13,224 nt of DNA. It comes from Candidatus Micrarchaeota archaeon. Its GTDB lineage: Archaea > Micrarchaeota > Micrarchaeia > Anstonellales > Bilamarchaeaceae. The notes below the pieces were generated by a model. It searched no databases. It was not told the DNA's origin and saw only the letters and a program-made list of their open reading frames with translations. Positions within the stretch are counted from its first letter, which is position 1. Each line of letters opens with the position of its first letter. A program made the position numbers and the translations under genes. Location: the NCBI GenBank assembly GCA_040753215.1, contig JBFMEZ010000006.1:1-13224 (forward strand). The letters are read 5' to 3'. This document shows positions 6,871 through 13,224 of this stretch, in pieces.

Positions 6871-8580
6871 CTAGAATTGCCCGCTTATCCCGGACTGCAA
6901 CGTGTCTATGGTCTTGTCCTCGCCTATTATAAGGTTTCCGAGGTCCGGCAGGACTATCAGCCTCCTCCAGCCCGCCTCAGCGCCGATGGACCATCCGTTC
7001 CCGTAAAAGTTTACGCTTCCCATGATGCCCGCCTGCGCGCCCTCGGTGTCGAACAGCCCCTGGAGCCCCAGCCCTATCCTTTCGAGCCCTCCGCCGACCT
7101 CCCCGAGGTTCCTTATCTCGAACAACGCACCCGGGGAAAGCGTCCAGTACTCCCTTGTTCCGACGCGCGCGAGCCACTGTTTTGATGCCTCGCTTATGTC
7201 CGTCCCATACGCGCCCCCGAAAGAGACCATTATCGCAAGGTCGTCATTCTGGACGAGCGCAAGCTGTATCGTGCCGCTCGCATGGAGCCTCCCCTCCGTG
7301 TCTATGGAGGCGAGCATGGCTCCGTAGAGCCTGCCGTCGCAGGGGATGCCGAACAGGTGCCCGGTCGCATCCATATATTTGAGGGTTGCCGTGCCTACCG
7401 CTTCCTGCAGGTTCGCATCCCACTCGCCCATCACTGAAAGGCTCACATAGCGCGCCTCGTTGCTTATGTACAGCCCTGCCTCAACGCCCGCGCCGCCGCC
7501 GAAAAGGGCCTCCATGTCGCCCTGCGGCACAAAGTCCAGGGACCATCTGCCTGCATTGGCGCCGGTTTCAATCCTTGTTGCATCCACAGCGTATTTCTGG
7601 CTGAGCACAAGCTCGGCGAAGGCGAGCGCGTTTATGAACATGACGTCCGAGTTGTAGAGGTTTACGCTGGAATCGACCTGTATTGTAGCGAGCGGGACCC
7701 TCAGCTCAAGGTTCCTCAGGGAGCCGGCCACTATATCGGCGAGCGTATACGCAAGGGTGGTCCCCTCGGGGGCGTTTCTGAGCGCCTCCAGCATCCTCCC
7801 CTCGCTTATCATCCTGAACGTATTGAGTATTGCATCCTTGTCCGCTGCGGTCATGCCCAGCCGGTCTATTATCACCCCGCCGGAGTCGCCCCAGTCCCCG
7901 CTCAATAACTTATCCAAGGTAAGGTCAGCGGCCAGCCCGGAGGCTTCGCTGTTTGCGTTCAGGTTGTCCACGAGGTTCTGCAAAAACGCATTGCCGTCCT
8001 CCGCGGCCGCGGAGCGGTTTCCAACGGTTTCGTAGAATGCGGCCCTTCCCGCGAGCCTTTCTGCCTCGTTCAGCGAATCCTCCCCAAGCGCATAGAACCT
8101 CTGCCAATTCTCGTTGAACTCTATGTCAAATTCCTCAAGCGATGCGGTAACCTGCGTGGGGACCGGCACCGGCACCTCCGGGAGCCGGAGCTCCGGCGCG
8201 GCGGCCCCGGGCGCCCCTCCTATTGTAACGGGCACAACCTGGAACAGTGCGAGGAGCGCATTGCGCGCGTCGTTTATCCTCTCCATCTCAGCAGGCGTGT
8301 TGAAGTCATCCACGGGGTGGTTGTTGAAAAGCTCCTCAATCGCGCTGGACATATTCGCGGCGTGGCCTGTGAGGTACTCGTCCTGTGCGGCGCCCTCGGC
8401 GGTGCATCTCCTGATGAGCTCGTCCATCACGATGACGAAGTCGCGCATCCTTCCCCTGAAATTGAAATCCGATATGCCCGGGTCGGACATCTCGAAGATT
8501 ATGCCCTCTATCCTGTCCGTCCCCATCTCCGATGCCCTTCCCCAGACCGTCTCGTCCGCATACCTCATTGCCTGTGCCAT
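6871..8580 (-). CDS. Hypothetical protein (~569 aa): acidic helical N-half, Pro/Ala linker, C-terminal putative beta-barrel
   Basis: Track start GTG 8589 lies inside the GGAGGTGA site (8593..8586), so ATG 8580 (or 8583) is preferred. C-half has Gly-rich amphipathic strands and ends LQSGISGQF. The CDS is secure; the barrel is inference. Confidence 0.85.
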   Translation of the reverse strand: MAQAMRYADETVWGRASEMGTDRIEGIIFEMSDPGISDFNFRGRMRDFVIVMDELIRRCTAEGAAQDEYLTGHAANMSSAIEELFNNHPVDDFNTPAEMERINDARNALLALFQVVPVTIGGAPGAAAPELRLPEVPVPVPTQVTASLEEFDIEFNENWQRFYALGEDSLNEAERLAGRAAFYETVGNRSAAAEDGNAFLQNLVDNLNANSEASGLAADLTLDKLLSGDWGDSGGVIIDRLGMTAADKDAILNTFRMISEGRMLEALRNAPEGTTLAYTLADIVAGSLRNLELRVPLATIQVDSSVNLYNSDVMFINALAFAELVLSQKYAVDATRIETGANAGRWSLDFVPQGDMEALFGGGAGVEAGLYISNEARYVSLSVMGEWDANLQEAVGTATLKYMDATGHLFGIPCDGRLYGAMLASIDTEGRLHASGTIQLALVQNDDLAIMVSFGGAYGTDISEASKQWLARVGTREYWTLSPGALFEIRNLGEVGGGLERIGLGLQGLFDTEGAQAGIMGSVNFYGNGWSIGAEAGWRRLIVLPDLGNLIIGEDKTIDTLQSGISGQF

Positions 8581-8585
8581 CATGC

Positions 8586-11500
8586 TCACCTCCCAAACTC
8601 CGCCCTGAGGGCTGCAAAGTCAACGTCCCCGAAATACTGGCCGAAATTCCGCTCTATCTCCGCCCTGTATACGTTCAGCGCATCCCGCGCGGACGGTGTC
8701 ACAACCGTGCTCGTGTCCATGTGCCTCAGCATGTTCTCGTACAGCTCCCTCCTCTGCAGGAGCAGCAGCCAGCCCTGGTCCATGATGCGGCCCATTTCCG
8801 CCTCGTCGCCGCGCCTCTCCGCTTCTTCGTACTGCGCCCTGAGGCCGTCAAACTGCGCATGCACGCCCTCAAGCTGCTTCCACTGCGAAAGCAGGTACGC
8901 GCGGCTGTAATAGGTTTCCTCCTCTATGCTGGCGCGCCATGCCCTGAGGCTCCCCAGGTCCGGGCCCATGTTCCGCTGGAGCGCGTCCCTGAACTCCTCG
9001 AGCCTGCGCCTGTCGTCGCCAACGTATGCGGGCAGCGCGGAATCCAGCTCCGCGAGCATCTGCTCCATTATCTGCCTCCTCTCTATTGCAATCTCCGCGA
9101 GCCTTCCCTCCGCCCGCCTCTCCTCCTCGGCGCTCTCCGTGGTCTTTGCGCTGTCGGCAACGCGGGCGAACTCCTCGTGCAGCTCCGCGAGCCGCCTGCT
9201 TCTCTCGGCCATCGCATCGTAATTGTAGGCGCCCGCCGCCTCGGCCTCCACCGGCACATAGATGGGGAACGCGTTCACCCTCCCGACCGCGAGGTAACCC
9301 TCGCTCTCCGGGTAAATCTCGGGGTTTGTGCCGACTTTTGAGACCACCTGGTCTGCCACGCGCATGCGCATCTCCAGGCTGTTCCCGGAAATCTCCAGCT
9401 CGCCGGCATGCACCATCTCCAGGATTCTCCTGCCCGGTATCTGCGCCATCACGAGCCCCCTGCCGTCATCGAGGGGCCCGAGCGTTATGCCCAGCGCGGC
9501 AAGCTCTGCCTTCGCCTCCTCCCTCATGAAGATGGTGTAGTCCCTAACAATGCCTTCCTCGTCCCGCGTGAAGGAATAGGTGCCCATAAGGATGCTCCGC
9601 ACCTCGCCCTGCGCCTCCCTCAGCCGCGGGTCGAGCGCATCCACTATCCTTCCGGTTGCGGTATCCACATACACGTATATGTTGCCGTCCCGCAGCTCGG
9701 CCGTGTGCACCATCTCGTCGGGGTTCTGCAGCATGCCGCCGTATTTCTCCTTTGCCTCTGGGGTGAGCGTTGCATAGAACCTGTCCTGGCCCGGGACAGG
9801 CACCCTGAACATCGCCAGCTCCACATACGTGTTCCTGCTGTCCAGCATCTCCTCAAGCGGCATCGCACCGGCTGCTTCAAAATCCCCTGTGGCCGGGTTG
9901 CGCCTCCTGAGCACGGGGTTTGAAATCGTATAGTAGGACTCGTCAAGGTCCTCGCCCCGCGAATAATGCTCGAACACGCCGCTCAGCGCCGGCTCCGCAT
10001 ATGCCATCTCAAGGTTGCGGCCGGCAATGCGCGGCGGCACTATGTCCTCGTATCCCGCGCCGAGTCCCACGTAAGGCGGCGCGATTATATCTTCGTAGGT
10101 TTTTGTGAACGGGTTTGCCGCCCCGATGTCAATCATCGGGAGGTTGTAGGACCACCTGCGCGTTAGCCCGGCCAGCCCGACCGAATCCCTCCAGTCGAGA
10201 AGGTAGAGCTGCGGCTCCGCATCCGCCCTGAGCATCTGCACCTCGCCACCGGATACTACGCCGACAACCTGCACGACGCCGGCCGTGGCCGTTGGCACGA
10301 AGAGGAGGTCTGCGAATTTCTTCCCGTCCAGGCTGGAATCCTCGAAGCCCCTGAGCTCCAGGCCCTCCCAGTCCGCCCTCGTGATGAAATTTGTGCCTAC
10401 GGGGTATTCCCTTTCGCCCCAGGTGAACCGGCCGAACGCAACATCCCTCCCTACCTCTGCGTAGGATTTCGCGACTATCTGCATCCTCGCGGCGTTAACG
10501 CACGCGGCGAGGACCGCCTCTGGGTTTTCCGGCTCCCCAAGCCTCCTCGCGCGCTCCTGGTACATGAGCTGCCCGCGGAATTCGGCGGCCACGTCTATGG
10601 AGGCGCGAATCTCGGGCGGAAGGGCCGCGAGCGCCTCCTCGAGCCGCTCCGGATGCTCCGGGTCGTAGAATTCGCGAAGCCTGGAAGGGGCGCGCCCGCG
10701 GTACTTCGGGTCGTCCGCATTGTCGTTGCCCCTGCGCGCGGCGTTTATGTTCGCGCTGAATATGTTCACGTCTATGCCTTCTACATTCTCCTCTCCCTGC
10801 AGGGTGACCATCACCCTCCCTGCATCCGCGGTCCAGAAGGCGGCTGCCCATGCGGCGTTCTCCTCAAGGGAGAGCACGGGCTCCCCTGCGGGCGTGGTTT
10901 CCAGCCCGTAGCCGCGGCCGCCGGGGTATATGAGCCTGCTCGCGACATCAAGCCCGTTCTCGCGCGTGGTGAACCTCCAGTGCGTGAGCCGCCTCGCGGA
11001 ATCGGCCACATATGCGAGCGCCTGGCTCTCTGGGTCGGCCGCAACCATGTCCGCGTCCCCGAAACCCGTGAAGGTTGCGGGCATGTCCGGGTGCGCGGCG
11101 TTGTATGCCGGCAGCACCCCTGCAAAAGCATCGAGCGTGTATCCGTTCCTCTCCTGCCCCAGGGGGAACCTCGCGCCGTAGTTGAGCAGCCCGAACGGGT
11201 TGTTCGTTTCAGCGGCCTGCTTCTGGAGCAGCTCAAGGGGGCTGAGCGGCCTGTAGAAGACCGTATACGGCTGCCCAGCAGCCGACGGCTCTATTATCCC
11301 AAACAGGGAGGTGTCTATCGTGCCTCTCCTGCGGCCCTCGGCAAGCGCAAGGTTGTATATCGTGTTCGCGTGCTCGAAGTCGCGCACATCCACGCTCAGG
11401 GAGCCCTCTCCGCGCTGGAACCGCAGCAGGGAGCGTGCCTGGCCCGTGTCCGTGAGGTTGTATCTCCTCGCCATGGCGATGTACTCTTCGGGCATCGGCT

Positions 11501-13058
11501 CCGGGACCCTGAGGGCTTCCCTTGGCGGAGGCGCGCCGACAGGGCCGGCAAAACGGGGCGGGGCTGCCGGGGGCGCGGGGACAACCGCCGGAGCTGCGGG
11601 GACCGCGGCCGGCACCCAGCCGAGCTGCTCCCTGAAGAACCTGTCCCTCACATGGTTCCTGCTCTCATAAGTGTAATCCACATTCCCGCGCTCATCGATG
11701 CGCTGGACGTGCAGGTGCCTGAAATTTGCGGCGGTGCCTGTATATTCCTGCACGCGCGCATAAACCCCATCTACTCCCATCCTGCTCAAATCCTCGCCGT
11801 CTATGGAAATCCTGTATCTCCTTCCCGTGTGCTCGTTTAAATATTCAAAATAGGTTGCGCCGACTGGAACAACCACCGGGACTGCGGCGGTCACGGGCGG
11901 GGGAGGTGCGGGGACAACGGCGAGCGGAGCAACCGCAGGGGTGGGGACTGCAGGGGGCCGTGCTGCGGCCCTCTCCGCCTCCTCCCTGCGCATCGCTTCC
12001 GCGAATACCTCATCCAGGGGGCGTATGGAATATTCCCTCGCAGTTGCGAAGGCGGAAACAATCTCCGGTGAGGGCGCGCCGAGGATAGTTTCGAGCGCGA
12101 GCGCCTTCCTTATCTTCTCCTGCATGTCTTCCCACTCACGCTGGATTGCTTCAAGCCTGCGGACGTGGTCTTCCCTGGTCCTGCGGGACGGCTCGGCCCT
12201 CGCGGCCTCTAGCGCGCCCGGAAGGCTGTTGATGACGTTTGTGAGCATCTGCGCCTGCTCCACCATGTTCCTGTCAATCTTTTCGCGCAGTGCAGCGATG
12301 TCCTCCTGCAAATCCTCTATCTTGCCCTTGTAATAATTCGCCCTGCGCGTGTTTCCCTCCTCCTGCGCGACGGCCAGCTTCTGCTGGTATTCTGCGAGCT
12401 TGCCCAGAAGCCTTCCCAGCCTGTCAACATTTTCGGAATTCTCCTCCCCGAGGCTCGTGAGCTTCGCCCACCACCTGCGCACGGTTGTGGTGTCCTCGGA
12501 AAGCTCGGGCGTGAGCAGCGGGGCCCTGCGGGTTTCGGCAACCCTCATCGCGACTTCCCCTTCGCTGGCGGCAATCCCTTCGAGCGACAGCGCCCTCCGC
12601 ACCTGCTCCTCCATCGCATCGTATTCCTCGCGTGTGAGCAGCTCTTCCCCGACGCGGACCATTCCCGGCGGCGCTTCAACGCGGGCAGGTGTTACGGCCA
12701 TGCCCATCGCACCCGCAAGCTCGTCCAGATGAGACTTTATCCTGTTAAGCTCCGAAAGCCTCGCGGGGTCCGTGGTGGCGGCTATGGCCTCGCCTATGTG
12801 CAGCCGCAGTTCCTCAAAAAGCGCATCCCTCCTTTCCGTAAGCTCCGGGAACCTTTCCCTTATGCCCCTCAGCTCTTCCCTTTCCGCGGCATTCGGTGGG
12901 CCGTGCCTCGGGCTTGTGAGCTCCGCCTCCCTCCTTGTGAGGCCCGCGAGCTCGTGGGTCAAATCCGAGAACTCGCTGTTTGCCCTCGTTGCCCAATCAT
13001 AATCATGAACAGGAACCTCCTCTCTCCTCCCAACGGGCGCACCGCCTCTTTGAGCCAT
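8586..13058 (-). CDS. Giant hypothetical protein (~1490 aa): N- and C-terminal coiled coils, two Pro/Ala/Val linkers around a small domain, large unknown core
   Basis: 4.5-kb open frame. Start moved from 13202 to ATG 13058 (GGTG-N5-ATG, TTTATAAA 32-39 nt upstream, AT-rich extension). No signal peptide or TM helix seen. Confidence 0.9.
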   Translation of the reverse strand: MAQRGGAPVGRREEVPVHDYDWATRANSEFSDLTHELAGLTRREAELTSPRHGPPNAAEREELRGIRERFPELTERRDALFEELRLHIGEAIAATTDPARLSELNRIKSHLDELAGAMGMAVTPARVEAPPGMVRVGEELLTREEYDAMEEQVRRALSLEGIAASEGEVAMRVAETRRAPLLTPELSEDTTTVRRWWAKLTSLGEENSENVDRLGRLLGKLAEYQQKLAVAQEEGNTRRANYYKGKIEDLQEDIAALREKIDRNMVEQAQMLTNVINSLPGALEAARAEPSRRTREDHVRRLEAIQREWEDMQEKIRKALALETILGAPSPEIVSAFATAREYSIRPLDEVFAEAMRREEAERAAARPPAVPTPAVAPLAVVPAPPPPVTAAVPVVVPVGATYFEYLNEHTGRRYRISIDGEDLSRMGVDGVYARVQEYTGTAANFRHLHVQRIDERGNVDYTYESRNHVRDRFFREQLGWVPAAVPAAPAVVPAPPAAPPRFAGPVGAPPPREALRVPEPMPEEYIAMARRYNLTDTGQARSLLRFQRGEGSLSVDVRDFEHANTIYNLALAEGRRRGTIDTSLFGIIEPSAAGQPYTVFYRPLSPLELLQKQAAETNNPFGLLNYGARFPLGQERNGYTLDAFAGVLPAYNAAHPDMPATFTGFGDADMVAADPESQALAYVADSARRLTHWRFTTRENGLDVASRLIYPGGRGYGLETTPAGEPVLSLEENAAWAAAFWTADAGRVMVTLQGEENVEGIDVNIFSANINAARRGNDNADDPKYRGRAPSRLREFYDPEHPERLEEALAALPPEIRASIDVAAEFRGQLMYQERARRLGEPENPEAVLAACVNAARMQIVAKSYAEVGRDVAFGRFTWGEREYPVGTNFITRADWEGLELRGFEDSSLDGKKFADLLFVPTATAGVVQVVGVVSGGEVQMLRADAEPQLYLLDWRDSVGLAGLTRRWSYNLPMIDIGAANPFTKTYEDIIAPPYVGLGAGYEDIVPPRIAGRNLEMAYAEPALSGVFEHYSRGEDLDESYYTISNPVLRRRNPATGDFEAAGAMPLEEMLDSRNTYVELAMFRVPVPGQDRFYATLTPEAKEKYGGMLQNPDEMVHTAELRDGNIYVYVDTATGRIVDALDPRLREAQGEVRSILMGTYSFTRDEEGIVRDYTIFMREEAKAELAALGITLGPLDDGRGLVMAQIPGRRILEMVHAGELEISGNSLEMRMRVADQVVSKVGTNPEIYPESEGYLAVGRVNAFPIYVPVEAEAAGAYNYDAMAERSRRLAELHEEFARVADSAKTTESAEEERRAEGRLAEIAIERRQIMEQMLAELDSALPAYVGDDRRRLEEFRDALQRNMGPDLGSLRAWRASIEEETYYSRAYLLSQWKQLEGVHAQFDGLRAQYEEAERRGDEAEMGRIMDQGWLLLLQRRELYENMLRHMDTSTVVTPSARDALNVYRAEIERNFGQYFGDVDFAALRAEFGR

Positions 13059-13087
13059 AGAAGCACCGTATATACTCCTGCATGGGA

Positions 13088-13108
13088 GATTTATAAAGCT
13101 TGAGTTTT
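13088..13108 (-). promoter_or_regulatory. Putative TATA promoter of the 13058->4904 operon
   Basis: Palindromic TTTATAAA at 13090..13097, 32-39 nt before ATG 13058; A-rich sequence further upstream. Confidence 0.65.
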
Positions 13109-13167
13109 GCGTTTCCTGAAAAGTAGATAAATTAACGACGTGCATATGGATTTTGAAGTTGATCCCC

Positions 13168-13224
13168 ATGCACGCCGCTAACGTCGAAGTTATCGACAAC
13201 ATTTTGAAGGAGTTTGGATTTTTA
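13168..13224 (+). CDS. Possible 5' end of a divergent gene (MHAANVEVIDNILKEFGFL...), cut by the window edge
   Basis: Frame open from ATG 13168 to the end; GAAAAGTAGATAAATTAA lies about 32-50 nt upstream. Only 19 codons are visible. Confidence 0.3.
   Translation, partial: MHAANVEVIDNILKEFGFL

Noticed and set aside
8586..13058. SMC/Rad50 or phage tape-measure identity
   Set aside because: No Walker A/B or signature motifs, coiled coils are terminal, and no viral genes are nearby.
55..13103. Many antisense or alternate-frame ORFs (e.g. 757..1317, 1314..1928, 3520..4245, 5165..5968, 8532..9341, 10653..11840)
   Set aside because: They overlap better-supported genes, have skewed Ser/Arg/Pro composition and no obvious start signals; expected shadows in GC-rich DNA.
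13059..13202. 48-codon N-terminal extension in the track
   Set aside because: AT-rich, contains the TATA box and start motif; better read as intergenic.

Overview
Archaeal-looking, GC-rich window (TATA boxes about 30 nt before starts, GGTG-type ribosome-binding motif, archaeal-type beta-CASP gene). A DPANN/Micrarchaeota-like origin is my impression only. One recognisable gene, a KH-less beta-CASP metallo-beta-lactamase RNase (3583..4890, +), splits two minus-strand clusters of uncharacterised genes. Right cluster, a probable operon: a ~1490-aa coiled-coil protein with Pro/Ala linkers, a ~569-aa protein whose C-terminal half resembles a membrane beta-barrel ending in Phe, and a 652-aa secreted Cys-rich Ig/CARDB-like protein. 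Left cluster: 204-aa and 168-aa proteins, two paralogous exported beta-rich proteins, and two small related ORFs (44 and 38 aa) missing from the ORF track. The clusters share a ~75-aa domain (168-aa protein and giant protein) and an N-terminal A[QE]AMRY motif. They may therefore encode one uncharacterised envelope, contact or secretion system. No RNA genes, CRISPR arrays or mobile elements were seen. All alignments were done by eye.
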